Positions 37,601-47,569 of a stretch of 64,000 nt of DNA are shown here, piece by piece (the stretch's first letter is position 1; each line of letters starts with the position of its first letter). Below the pieces are notes generated by a model. The model searched no databases and was not told where the DNA came from. It worked only from the letters and a program-made list of their open reading frames with translations. This DNA comes from a virus (taxonomy: Duplodnaviria > Caudoviricetes): the IMG/VR virus record IMGVR_UViG_3300013414_000053, positions 25,685 through 89,684 of that record, one strand, 5' to 3'. The translations under genes were made by a program, and so were the position numbers.

Positions 37601-39940
37601 TCAGCTACATTTGGAATAACCACACGAAGGGCACGTCATACAACCCTCAGACATATTCAGTTCCTCGCCACACTTCGGACACTTGGAATTTCCGCTTTTG
37701 GTTCCATTCTGAACCGACTGATAAACACCAGTTTCCTTCTGTATATTTCTCACCTTCAACTCTTGCTGAAGCTGATTATACATATCGGTCAAAGCAAATC
37801 CGATAGCTACCGGGCAAGAAGATCCTTTGGAGGTATCATTCTTGGTGGCCTTGCGAACTGCATAAGAAGGACAAGTGCCAGCACTTTTAAGTTGATCCAC
37901 AATATCCTCAATAGAGATATTTCCTCTGGCTGCCAGCGACACCATTCGTGATAGTCCGGCCATAAAGAGAGCGCACCCACCCTGGGAGCCTTTGCTGAAA
38001 TATGTTTCAAGCAACTGACCAGTCTCTCGATCAAAGAAAGCTGTAAGATGAAGAGTGCCACAACCAGTTATCAGAGTACGCTTTCGACCGATACAATCGT
38101 CAGAAGCCTTTTTGATTTTGGTCGGAGTATTTGGTGAAACCTCTTCTTTTGTAGGCTGTTCATCTTTTGATAAGATAGCCTGTCGCTCACATCCATTACG
38201 CCAGATAGTAATGCCTTTGAGTCCTTTCTTCCAGGCCAGCATATATAAGTCTGCCACATCTTCCACAGTAGTGGAATTAGGAAGATTTACAGTCGAACTG
38301 ATAGAAGCGTCTATGAAGCTCTGGAGCATCGCCTGGACCTCTATTCTATCTTTGTAAGGGATTTCATCGGCCGCTACGAAAAAGTCCGGTAGAATGGCCT
38401 CTCCGGTCACTTCTTTATATAGAGCTATAATGGGAGTATCAACTTTGTAGATAGTCTCTTCATTGTTGAGCGATACCGTCCTACGATTGTAAGAAAAAGC
38501 GAAGTTAGGCTCTACTCCAGTGCTTACCTGAAGCATTGTACCGATTGTACCAGTCGGAGCGCAAGTTAAAAGCTGAGAATTGTATAGGCCATAATACTCA
38601 ATCTCTTTCAGGATAGTGTTTGAGAGATTCAGATTGCGAATAAAATCGCTCTTTACCATAGCCTTCTTGATTTCATCAGTGCAGTTGGGGAAAGCTCCAT
38701 TTTCCTTAGCTAACTGTAAAGATGTAAGAATCGCATGAATGGCTATAAGACGATAGACTTCCTCAATCACAGCAAGGGATTCAGGTGAGCCATATTTCAG
38801 ACCCAATTTGATAAGCATATCGCCTAAGCCCATTGTCCCCAGACCAATCTGGCGCCAACCAGCAACCGATTCTCGTTGTTCCTGAAGTGGATGTAACGGC
38901 AACCCCTCCATCAGCACACCATTCAAGGCTTTGATGGCGCACTCTACTGCTGATCGGAGAGCCATTGTATTAACACTGGCATCAGCAGTAAAAGGTTTGG
39001 TTACGAACTTGGAAAGATTTAGGCTACCGAGCAAGCAGGAACCACCAGCCGGCAGGGGTTCTTCGGCGCATGGGTTTACTCCAGCATACTTGAAGTCAGT
39101 ATTTTGGAGAAGATTATAGTTGGAAATTCGGTCCCAGTATAAAATACCCGGCTCTGCCATTTCCCAGTTACGACGTGCCAGAAGCATAAACACCTCTTTG
39201 GCATTGATAACTCTTGTAATTTCAGAACAATTCTCCATTGTGAAGTGGAGCTTAAAATCAGCATTAGCTTCGACAGCCCGCATAAAAGCATCTGTCACAC
39301 GAACTGAGATATTGGCCTTAGTGCAGATGTCAAGATCTGATTTAAGATTGATGAACTCAACCAAATCAGGATGTTCACAAGAAATGCTGATCATTAACGC
39401 ACCGCGCCGGCCCTCCTGACCTATGAGGCCAGTAATGTAACTGTAAAGATCCATAAAGCTAACAGTGCCTGAAGTGCTTTTGGCCGCATTATTCACCGGG
39501 GCATTTTTGGGTCTGAGATTGCTAATGTCAAGACCGCATCCACCACCATAACTGAATGTTCTCGCCAGTTTTGAACCAGCATCAAAGATTGACTCCAGAG
39601 AGTCCTGGGGAGGGGTTAGGCAGTAACAATTACTGTATGTGATCTTACGATCAGTCACGCCACGATTGGATAGGATTCTACCAGCAAAGATAAACTTCTG
39701 TTCTTTGATAAGCTGACGTAAGCACTGATTGCCACCAGACACTCTATCAAGCCATTGCTCAAAAGTTTCATCTCCCTGCTGATATTTTCTCTTCCAAATG
39801 TCGATTGAAAGAGCTTCTCCATTCAACCATTCCTCGACCGTCATGCCGGGGCCAGCTGAAGGATTATCACTTTGTTTGAGATTATTTGATTGTTCCATAG
39901 CTAAAAATGTTGGAGCCGGACAGAACAGTCTGCCCGGCAC
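37601..39940 (-). CDS. nrdJ: Class II (adenosylcobalamin-type) ribonucleotide reductase with TSCPD-like domain and C-terminal Zn ribbon
   Basis: SNCYCL, GVNPCAEEPL, CAPTGTIG, CPKC...CPSC; no class I beta gene in window. Confidence 0.88.
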   Translation of the reverse strand: MPGRLFCPAPTFLAMEQSNNLKQSDNPSAGPGMTVEEWLNGEALSIDIWKRKYQQGDETFEQWLDRVSGGNQCLRQLIKEQKFIFAGRILSNRGVTDRKITYSNCYCLTPPQDSLESIFDAGSKLARTFSYGGGCGLDISNLRPKNAPVNNAAKSTSGTVSFMDLYSYITGLIGQEGRRGALMISISCEHPDLVEFINLKSDLDICTKANISVRVTDAFMRAVEANADFKLHFTMENCSEITRVINAKEVFMLLARRNWEMAEPGILYWDRISNYNLLQNTDFKYAGVNPCAEEPLPAGGSCLLGSLNLSKFVTKPFTADASVNTMALRSAVECAIKALNGVLMEGLPLHPLQEQRESVAGWRQIGLGTMGLGDMLIKLGLKYGSPESLAVIEEVYRLIAIHAILTSLQLAKENGAFPNCTDEIKKAMVKSDFIRNLNLSNTILKEIEYYGLYNSQLLTCAPTGTIGTMLQVSTGVEPNFAFSYNRRTVSLNNEETIYKVDTPIIALYKEVTGEAILPDFFVAADEIPYKDRIEVQAMLQSFIDASISSTVNLPNSTTVEDVADLYMLAWKKGLKGITIWRNGCERQAILSKDEQPTKEEVSPNTPTKIKKASDDCIGRKRTLITGCGTLHLTAFFDRETGQLLETYFSKGSQGGCALFMAGLSRMVSLAARGNISIEDIVDQLKSAGTCPSYAVRKATKNDTSKGSSCPVAIGFALTDMYNQLQQELKVRNIQKETGVYQSVQNGTKSGNSKCPKCGEELNMSEGCMTCPSCGYSKCS

Positions 39941-39951
39941 CTAATAATAGA

Positions 39952-40350
39952 TTAAAGTAGCTTGAAGTAATGTTTCAAAGCTAATACCACTTCAGTGATA
40001 CCTTCCATTGAGGTATAAACTGGTTTATATCCCATAAGGTCGTTATCGGCTACCTTATAATCGCTTATAGACAACTTTTCAACGTCCGACCGGAATATCT
40101 GATATTCTTCATCAGAAAGTGGATGTTTCTGAGTGCTGAGACGTTCCAGAAGCACATCTACCCAAACGGGGGCATAAAACTTCATAGCTCCAACTGGAGG
40201 CTCTTCTTCTGTAACCTTAGATTTCAAGATTACCAGAACCAATGGCAAGATTTCTTCCAGAGCCTGATAATCCCTGGTAGTGTGGTGATTTTCGAGCACA
40301 CTGACAGCCTTCTTTACATCAGTGAGAGTATAGTTATCATTCGTTCCCAT
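39952..40350 (-). CDS. Hypothetical protein (MGTNDNYTL...)
   Basis: ATG 40350 overlaps end of upstream small gene. Confidence 0.6.
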   Translation of the reverse strand: MGTNDNYTLTDVKKAVSVLENHHTTRDYQALEEILPLVLVILKSKVTEEEPPVGAMKFYAPVWVDVLLERLSTQKHPLSDEEYQIFRSDVEKLSISDYKVADNDLMGYKPVYTSMEGITEVVLALKHYFKLL

Positions 40351-40537
40351 ACTCTTCGCCCTCCATGCGCTCCAGTTGTTCGATGTGAGATGATAGGACT
40401 GACTGGACGTATTCCATTTCATCCATCTCCTTCATCAGTCTGCTTACCTGATTGCCCTGAAGCCAGTTTAAGATTAAGCTCCACACAAGCAATATCAGCA
40501 GAAGTGTAATTACAACTTTTTGTTTTTGCTGTTTCAT
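40337..40537 (-). CDS. Small single-TM protein
   Basis: VVITLLLILLVWSLILNWL helix followed by coiled coil. Confidence 0.6.
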   Translation of the reverse strand: MKQQKQKVVITLLLILLVWSLILNWLQGNQVSRLMKEMDEMEYVQSVLSSHIEQLERMEGEEYGNE

Positions 40538-40539
40538 TA

Positions 40540-41227
40540 CTGATCGAGTTTTGAAACACTGCCTTCATCACTTGCGCTCGTGTGCGCTCAAAAAAATATT
40601 CATTGCGGTAGTTTACGAACACAGTTACCCCTTATAGGGGGTTAAGTGTTCACCCTACTCGCTGTGCATCGCATTGTAATTCATTGCGTACAGTTATACT
40701 GTTGCACAGGGCAAAATCTTTTTTTAAGTCGCACTTGCCTAATGATGATAATGCGGTTCATCATTCCTACCCCGCGACTCTCGCTATATTTCCCTGCGAG
40801 TCTCAGACGTGCCCGGTGGGTTGTGAATATGCCGTCGGCACCATAGGTGTTCTTGAAGTTATCTCTCGGCTCAAAAGAACCTTGGCATTACCGTTTGCCG
40901 CTCCCTATGGGTTTTGCGTCCCAGAGTGTTTCATCTACTTGCCAACGACTGCTTTTTTCATTAACTTTGCAATCACCTATCCACGCATCGTTGTTGTGCC
41001 GGATTGCCGTGATGCTGCGGTTAAAGGCCCGCTACGGCTTTTGATGTTGTACCGACAGTTTGCTTGAAACACTCAAAGCTGGTGTCGGGCAATAAGGGAA
41101 TACAAAAATTCCCCGCAATCTCTTGTGGTGCCAGATCGTGGGGAATTTGTAATATATTGAATGAGCCTTACGGACTCAACGTATATTCCGTATGTCCGCA
41201 TTGTTGAGGCACCAATTCAACATTGCG
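40540..41227 (-). ncRNA. Candidate large structured ncRNA or 5' leader (~690 nt)
   Basis: No credible ORF; promoter at 41231-41262; many nested stems, with G-U pairs favouring the minus strand. Confidence 0.55.
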
Positions 41228-41230
41228 ATG

Positions 41231-41262
41231 CAAAGGTAATGCTAATTATTGGATGCTCCAAA
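41231..41262 (-). promoter_or_regulatory. Bacteroidota housekeeping promoter (leftward)
   Basis: Minus strand TTTG (41262-41259), 20-nt spacer, TACCTTTG (41238-41231). Confidence 0.75.
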
Positions 41263-41452
41263 TATTTTTGGCATAAAATGATTTCAACCTCTAATAATTA
41301 ACATTCATTCACATTTATAAAAGTTGCTTTTATAAGGTTCGTGTGCGCGTGAGAGGTTATTTTACTATACAGCAAAACGAAATTTATTTATCAGCATATC
41401 AGTAAATTAAGCCTATTTCAGTATTCGGGTCTAAAAATTTTTTCAAAAATAT

Positions 41453-41483
41453 TTTGCCATCTCAAAATGTTTTTCTAATTTTG
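41453..41483 (+). promoter_or_regulatory. Bacteroidota housekeeping promoter for replication module
   Basis: TTTG 41453-41456, 19-nt spacer, TAATTTTG 41476-41483. Confidence 0.75.
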
Positions 41484-41538
41484 CCATCGAAAATGATTAA
41501 AGCAGCGCAAAACCAAATAACATGACCCGTATGATGAC

Positions 41539-42063
41539 ATGATTCGTGGAAAAGGAAAATTGAGGAAGGTAGCAGGTCACACCGTTATCGACGAGTTTAA
41601 GCAAGCGTGTGAGAAGCTCCCCGACAACGATAACTACCTTTTCGTGATATGTGACGATACGCGAAATAGGAATTTACCTTATATTTCCTATCTATTCTCG
41701 GTAGTGTTGAAATTCCTTTCGGACTCTTTGCCCGATCATCCCAGCACTACAGCACTCTACAAATATTTTGAGGATATGTTTGCTCCGATACATACCGTCA
41801 AAATAAAAGGTCAGCGGTTTAGTTACTGCGAATTAAAATCGGAGAAAGCAAGTGATGTCAACGATGTAATAGAGAAAATTGTTGAATATGCCCTAAAGGA
41901 ATGGGGTATTGAGGTTCCACGCAATGAGGATCTTCGAGATCCGGCAATGCGAGAACTGCATAGCCAAGCCTACTTGAATCAAGAGGCTGATTGGAGCAAT
42001 TTTATCTCTTCGCGCAAATTATCTAAAGATGAGCGAAGAAAAAAGAAAACTGAGCGCATTTGA
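41539..42063 (+). CDS. NinB/YbcN-like recombination accessory protein
   Basis: RNRNLPYISYLFSVVL...DVIEKIVEYALKEWGIEVP resembles NinB-like architecture. Confidence 0.45.
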   Translation: MIRGKGKLRKVAGHTVIDEFKQACEKLPDNDNYLFVICDDTRNRNLPYISYLFSVVLKFLSDSLPDHPSTTALYKYFEDMFAPIHTVKIKGQRFSYCELKSEKASDVNDVIEKIVEYALKEWGIEVPRNEDLRDPAMRELHSQAYLNQEADWSNFISSRKLSKDERRKKKTERI

Positions 42064-43504
42064 AGCGTTCAAGCAAACCCAGCTGACTTTTGCAGAAGCA
42101 GAAGAGAAAGCTAAACAAGAAGCCGGTGCCCCCAAAGTCGAGCGTTTCCGTATTGGTGAGGACGGCGAGTATTCAATCCGCGTATTGCCTTTGGCTCCCA
42201 GCTTTGACAATGAAGGCAATATCATTCCGATGGACCGGAAAGGCTACGAATATGCCGTCCATCAGTTCTTCTTGACCATTGAAGTTCCCGGCAAGAAAGG
42301 CAAGAAGCCTAAAAAAATCAGTATTCCAGTTATTCGCACCACCGACAAGGAAGTCGGCAAGTCCGTTGACCTTCTTGATACCTATGTCAAGATTGGTAAG
42401 GAAATGTATGGTGATGATGAGGATCTGATGAAACTCCTTTCCGCATCGTCTTATGAGGGCGGTATTCGTTGGAATTACCAGCACGCAATTATGGTGCTTG
42501 ACGTTTCCAGCGATAAAGAACGTGCAAAAGGTCCTCAGCTGTGGCAATGTTCTCACAGCCAGTATAAGGATCTTGATGCTGCCAAGATGCGTCTGTGGGC
42601 AGAGCTTAAAGCCGATGATGGCCAAGACACCTGTCCTATCAGTGGATTTACCAACGCATATCCCGTTAAGGTAATCCGTACAACTGAAAACAACAAAACC
42701 GGTTACAAAATCGAAATCGGTCGCAAAACCCTCGACATTACGGAAGCCGAAGCTGAAAAGCTGTTGGAACTTCCGCGTCTCCCCGAACAGCTTTATCGTT
42801 ACACCCGCTATCAGCTTGAAGCCACTCTTGTGTTCCTCCAGCAGTATGATGAGAAGCACGATATGGAAGTCTGCAAAGAGCCTGACTTCATTGAGGCTGT
42901 TGAGAAGCTGAAGGGTGAACTTTCACCGGAAGATACCTCTCATTTCGATATTGCCACCGCCACAAATAAAGAGGATGGCAAGGATGAGGTTACTATCGAC
43001 TCCCTCTATGCAGAGTACGACAATATCACCGACCAGGGCTTGAATGACAAGTCTGAGGAATACAAGGATCTGCGTGAAAAAATCCGTCAATTCATTGAGG
43101 ATAAGAATCTCGATGTTCGTATTTCTCGCACAAAGAACAACCTTCAGCTTCTTGAAGAGGTTGAAGAGGCTCTGGATAACCAGGACAAACAGCCTAAAGA
43201 AGCACCAGCAGAAGAACCGGCCCCGGCTCCCGCTCAATCACGTCGCCGTGCCCCTCAACCCAAAGTTGAAGAGCCGGAAGAAGATGAGGATGAGGAACCT
43301 GAAGATGGTGACTCCGATTCTAAGGAAGAAGAGGAAGCTCCAGCTGCTCCGGCTCCTGAATCTGGCCGTCGTGCTCGCCGTGCTCGTCCGGGAAGCGAAG
43401 AAGCTGCTGCTCCTGCTCCTGAACCTGAAGCCGATGAGGAACCTGAAGAGGCTCCGGCTCCTGAAAGTTCACGTCGCAGACTTCATTCCCGCCGCCTGAG
43501 ATAA
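42029..43504 (+). CDS. Single-stranded DNA-binding protein (T4 gp32-like) with long charged tail
   Basis: ERFRIGEDGEYSIRVLP N-terminus, OB-like core, long acidic tail; position before SbcD/C. Confidence 0.65.
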   Translation: MSEEKRKLSAFEAFKQTQLTFAEAEEKAKQEAGAPKVERFRIGEDGEYSIRVLPLAPSFDNEGNIIPMDRKGYEYAVHQFFLTIEVPGKKGKKPKKISIPVIRTTDKEVGKSVDLLDTYVKIGKEMYGDDEDLMKLLSASSYEGGIRWNYQHAIMVLDVSSDKERAKGPQLWQCSHSQYKDLDAAKMRLWAELKADDGQDTCPISGFTNAYPVKVIRTTENNKTGYKIEIGRKTLDITEAEAEKLLELPRLPEQLYRYTRYQLEATLVFLQQYDEKHDMEVCKEPDFIEAVEKLKGELSPEDTSHFDIATATNKEDGKDEVTIDSLYAEYDNITDQGLNDKSEEYKDLREKIRQFIEDKNLDVRISRTKNNLQLLEEVEEALDNQDKQPKEAPAEEPAPAPAQSRRRAPQPKVEEPEEDEDEEPEDGDSDSKEEEEAPAAPAPESGRRARRARPGSEEAAAPAPEPEADEEPEEAPAPESSRRRLHSRRLR

Positions 43505-43595
43505 TTCCTGTCTTTAGATAATAATTCATGTAGTTCGAGAGGGCATTGGCTCAATGCCTGTGCCCTCTCATTCTTATTTAATCTCAGACAGGAAT

Positions 43596-44633
43596 ATGGA
43601 AAAAGAGGCTATCGCTTTATTAGTAAATGATTTACACGCTAACAAAGATAATATAGCTGAGTTCCTTAAAAACTGGGATGAGGCATTATCAATCTGTAAG
43701 CGCGAAGGTATTGAGGATATAGTTGTGGGTGGTGATGTTTTCACATCCAGAGCTTCTCAAACACTGGCTACATTACTTGCCGTTAAGAGTGCATTTGTCA
43801 AGGCTACACGCCAGGGCATATATGTTACTATCGGTGAAGGTAATCACGATAAAACTGATCAAGAGGCAATCGAGGGATATAATCATCTTTGGGTTGGCTT
43901 AGATCGCATAGAAGTAGTTGACACTCATTTAGCTCTTGTATGGCAATGGTGCGATGTATGTCTGCTTCTAATAAGTTATTTCCCTGAGAATGGTTCGTTT
44001 TTAGATAAGCTCGATGAAGCTGTTTCACATACTCTTAGCAACCATCCTCAGTACACCAAAAAAGACATCATTCTCTACATTCACGAAGGGGTACACGGTG
44101 CGCTTGGTGATTTTGAGATTGATGGTGAACTTGCGCAGGCTCCGTTGCTTGATTTTAAGGCCGTTTTGTGTGGCCACTATCATAACCGGGTAAAAATCAA
44201 GAATACCAATATCGAATACATCGGTTCATCACGTCAGGGTAATTTTGGCGAAGATGAAGAGAAGGGTTATACCATTCTGTATTCCGATGGCTCCTATAGT
44301 TTTGTCAAGAATGAAGTCAACACCCGATTCCAGACCATTGAACTGGATTTCAAGGATGTTGATAAATTCACTCTGGATAAAGATGACCGCTACAAGTATA
44401 AGGTCAAGGTAAAGTGCAATGAAAAGCAAGCTAAACTCTTTGATAAGCAGAAGTTGATAGACTTAGGCTTTCATAAAGTCGAGGCTGTTTCAGAAAGCAA
44501 TTTACCTAAAGAAACTGCTGCTTCAGACATTCAGGAAAAGTATGATAAGCAGGGCATTAAAAAAGAATATCAGAATTACTGCAATGAAAATTCGATTGAC
44601 AGTAAGCTGGGTATGAAATATTTGGAGGGCTAA
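43596..44633 (+). CDS. sbcD: SbcD/Mre11-like nuclease (gp47-like)
   Basis: NDLH, GGDVF, GEGNHD, GHYH metallophosphoesterase motifs. Confidence 0.9.
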   Translation: MEKEAIALLVNDLHANKDNIAEFLKNWDEALSICKREGIEDIVVGGDVFTSRASQTLATLLAVKSAFVKATRQGIYVTIGEGNHDKTDQEAIEGYNHLWVGLDRIEVVDTHLALVWQWCDVCLLLISYFPENGSFLDKLDEAVSHTLSNHPQYTKKDIILYIHEGVHGALGDFEIDGELAQAPLLDFKAVLCGHYHNRVKIKNTNIEYIGSSRQGNFGEDEEKGYTILYSDGSYSFVKNEVNTRFQTIELDFKDVDKFTLDKDDRYKYKVKVKCNEKQAKLFDKQKLIDLGFHKVEAVSESNLPKETAASDIQEKYDKQGIKKEYQNYCNENSIDSKLGMKYLEG

Positions 44634-44636
44634 ACT

Positions 44637-47006
44637 ATGTGGAGATTAACAGAATTAAAAATCAGGAATATTGTCTCTTTTCACGAGGCAACCCTAAAGA
44701 TCCAGCAGGGTGTAGCCACTCTAATCTTTGGCAAAAATGAAGATAATGCTTCTCAGCCTAATAATGGCTCCGGCAAATCTTCGTTGATTGAAGCCATATC
44801 TCTTGCCCTGAATGGTGAGCAGCTACGCAAAGTGAAGAGTGTGGAAGAGATTATCAATGATCATGCAGATGAGGCGTATGTCTATCTCAGACTTGATAAT
44901 GATTATGATGACACTGTGTTTACCATTGAACGCAACATCAGTCGTAATGCAGCCCAGGTTGTCGAGTGTCACAAATATGCAGCTACCGGTGAAGAGATTG
45001 AAACGGATAAGACTATCCAGCCAACAGTATCGGATTACAATAAATTCATTCTCAGTGAAATCGGACTCTCAAAGGATGATATTTATAATAATTTCATTCT
45101 TTGTGATAACAAGTATGAGAGCTTTTTCGATTGCTCTGATAAGAATAAGAAAGAGGTTATCAATCGCTTCAGTAATGGTTTCATTATTGATGAGAGTATC
45201 GCCCGTGTTCAAGCCGACATGGAGCCTATTTCTGTGCGCTTAGGTGAAGCTAATAATACCGTCATAAATATTAAAGGCTCGATCTCCGCCATAGAGAATG
45301 AGCTTGTTCAGGTTGATGAGAAGAAGGCAAATGCAAAAGAAGAGCGGGAGGCGCGCATCGCAAGATTGGACCGGCAGATTCAACAGTGCCGTGAAGATAT
45401 TGAGGCTGTTGAGGATAAAAAGCAAAAAGGAGAGAAAAGACTTGAACTTTTGCAAAGCCTCCAAACCAGTGTGGCCAGTCTGGAAGAATCCGACACAGCG
45501 TTGTTGGAAGCGTATAATCAGATAAAGCAAATGTGTCAGGACCATGAACTTGGCACTATCAGTGAATATGATGCTTTATCTGAAAAATATAAGCAGGAAC
45601 TATCAAATCTGACTGTTTCGATTAAAGATATTAAAGCTCAGATTATTGAGGCTTCCAGACTGGTAAAGAAGCGTCAGAAAACTTATGAAGAGCAAAAAAC
45701 TCTTTACAATCAACACTCTAATGAACAAACAGAGCTGACAAAACAAGATCAGGCTTTGATTGAAAAAATCAATAAAGAAATTGCGAAAATTGATCAGCAG
45801 CTTGATAACATTGAGGCTCAGGTAAAAACTCACAAAAAACGTCAAGCGGAATTGGAGGCTTTGATTGCTAAAAATTCTGCGATGATGGATGGGGTTGTTA
45901 TCTGCCCTAAGTGTGAGCATAAGTTTTTTGTTGGCAACGAGGTTTCTGTCGAAGAAATTAGAAAAAATCTCATTGGTTTCCGCACTGAAATGGAAGAAAG
46001 CAAATCCAAAGTTGAGAAACTCAACGAGGAATTTGACTCGATAGATGAAAAAGCTGAAACCAAATCTGAAGAAGCTGATGAGATCAACAAGAAAATCAAA
46101 GCTCGCAATATTGAACTTAATAATGAGTATTCTGCTCTGGTAGCTTTATCAAGGGAGGTTGACCAGTCAGAAAATAACGTGTCTGTACTTCAGAAACGCC
46201 TTGTATCAACTGAGAATGATCTTGATCGACTGAATGGTAAGATTGAGGTCCTGCGTAACCGTCTTTTTGGTGAAATCAATGGTGTTCTGGAAGGCCGTGT
46301 AATGAATGGTGAAAACTTCATTAAGCAGCAGGATTCGTCTATTAAGTTTATCCAGGGTCAGATGACACAATACCAGCAATCCAAGAGAGATATACTGGAG
46401 GCCCCGGAAACAGATTTTGCAGCTTCCTTAAAGGCGTCTCTGGAGAAATATCAGGCAGATCTTGAAAAAGCAGAAGAGATTGTAGCTGATGTTCAGGCAG
46501 AATACAACCGCCTGAAAGAGCAAGAGGTGCATTTCACTATGTTCAAATCTCATATTGCCAGAAAGAAAATTGATGCACTATCTCTCATTGTCAACGACTT
46601 TCTTGAAAAGATTGGTTCAGATATTCGACTCAAACTGGAAGGATTCACTGTAACCAAGACTGGTAAGCTGAGAGATAAGATTTCAGTTCAGGTGATGCGC
46701 GACGGCATTGACTGTGGCTCCTATCATAAGTTTTCCGGCGGTGAAAAGGCTCGATTAAATCTGGCTTGCATCTTATCTCTTCATACTCTTACTAACTCAA
46801 ATTGTGAGGACGGTAAAGGACTGGATTGCATCATTATAGATGAGTTGCTGGATAAGTCTGATGAAATGGGTATGGCGACATACTGTGAGGCTCTTAACAA
46901 GCTCGGACAGACTGCTCTTCTGATCACTCAGGGAGGTGTCTCAGAAAGCTATCCGCATAAGCTATTAATAGTAAAAAAACAAGGAATTTCAACAATTTCA
47001 AATTAA
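44637..47006 (+). CDS. sbcC: SbcC/Rad50-like ATPase (gp46-like)
   Basis: NGSGKSS Walker A, CPKC hook, FSGGE signature, IIIDE Walker B. Confidence 0.93.
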   Translation: MWRLTELKIRNIVSFHEATLKIQQGVATLIFGKNEDNASQPNNGSGKSSLIEAISLALNGEQLRKVKSVEEIINDHADEAYVYLRLDNDYDDTVFTIERNISRNAAQVVECHKYAATGEEIETDKTIQPTVSDYNKFILSEIGLSKDDIYNNFILCDNKYESFFDCSDKNKKEVINRFSNGFIIDESIARVQADMEPISVRLGEANNTVINIKGSISAIENELVQVDEKKANAKEEREARIARLDRQIQQCREDIEAVEDKKQKGEKRLELLQSLQTSVASLEESDTALLEAYNQIKQMCQDHELGTISEYDALSEKYKQELSNLTVSIKDIKAQIIEASRLVKKRQKTYEEQKTLYNQHSNEQTELTKQDQALIEKINKEIAKIDQQLDNIEAQVKTHKKRQAELEALIAKNSAMMDGVVICPKCEHKFFVGNEVSVEEIRKNLIGFRTEMEESKSKVEKLNEEFDSIDEKAETKSEEADEINKKIKARNIELNNEYSALVALSREVDQSENNVSVLQKRLVSTENDLDRLNGKIEVLRNRLFGEINGVLEGRVMNGENFIKQQDSSIKFIQGQMTQYQQSKRDILEAPETDFAASLKASLEKYQADLEKAEEIVADVQAEYNRLKEQEVHFTMFKSHIARKKIDALSLIVNDFLEKIGSDIRLKLEGFTVTKTGKLRDKISVQVMRDGIDCGSYHKFSGGEKARLNLACILSLHTLTNSNCEDGKGLDCIIIDELLDKSDEMGMATYCEALNKLGQTALLITQGGVSESYPHKLLIVKKQGISTISN

Positions 47007-47011
47007 TAGTT

Positions 47012-47512
47012 ATGCAGAAATTAACTGAAGAGTATGTTCGTCAGTTGGGGCGTGGTGACGTAATGGCTTTTGATGTGGCCACCCACTGTGGGTTCTACAC
47101 CTTGGGCGATTACGGCACCAAGCACTTCCCTCCGACAGAGAAAGCCCCCAAGTATATGGGGCCCGATTATGCCCAGCACAAGGCTTTCAGAAACTGGCTC
47201 ATTGAGATACTTACCTCTCATGGCATTAAAGTGGTTGCCGCCGAAGATGTAGTCTTTGGGCATTTTATAGATTTCCGAAAGTTGTGTGAGTTTCGTGGGA
47301 TCTTGTTTGAAGTGTGTCAGACATTGGATATTCCGATTGTCACCTTCAAGCCTACCGACATCAAAAAGCACGGCACTGGCAATGGCCGGGCGGACAAGAA
47401 AATGATGATAGAGTTTGCCGAAAAGAGATACCATATAGACGTGGAAGGTGATGATAACCTTGCAGATGCCTTGCATATCTATATGTATTTCATTCATCGC
47501 TATAAGCTCTAA
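47012..47512 (+). CDS. ruvC: RuvC-like Holliday junction resolvase
   Basis: MAFDVAT, VAAEDV, PTDIKKHGTGNGRADKKMM, DDNLADA. Confidence 0.85.
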   Translation: MQKLTEEYVRQLGRGDVMAFDVATHCGFYTLGDYGTKHFPPTEKAPKYMGPDYAQHKAFRNWLIEILTSHGIKVVAAEDVVFGHFIDFRKLCEFRGILFEVCQTLDIPIVTFKPTDIKKHGTGNGRADKKMMIEFAEKRYHIDVEGDDNLADALHIYMYFIHRYKL

Positions 47513-47569
47513 TTAATCTGGTAAAAATAAGCAAATTATGAATGTTTTGCCCAATAAGTTCGCCCTCCA

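Noticed and set aside
40684-41067. 127-aa plus-strand ORF, plus overlapping 40646-40846, 40847-41044 and minus-strand 40419-40622
   Set aside because: Not protein-like, no matching promoter or start context, and they lie over the structured RNA; treated as spurious.
40540-41230. Cobalamin riboswitch, group I intron or group II intron as identity of the structured region
   Set aside because: AGGGAA and GAGAC-like words occur in the wrong order for a B12 box. The gactc/gagtc helix encloses only 17 nt, too little for P3'/P8. GTGCGAC is present but no domain V/VI follows.
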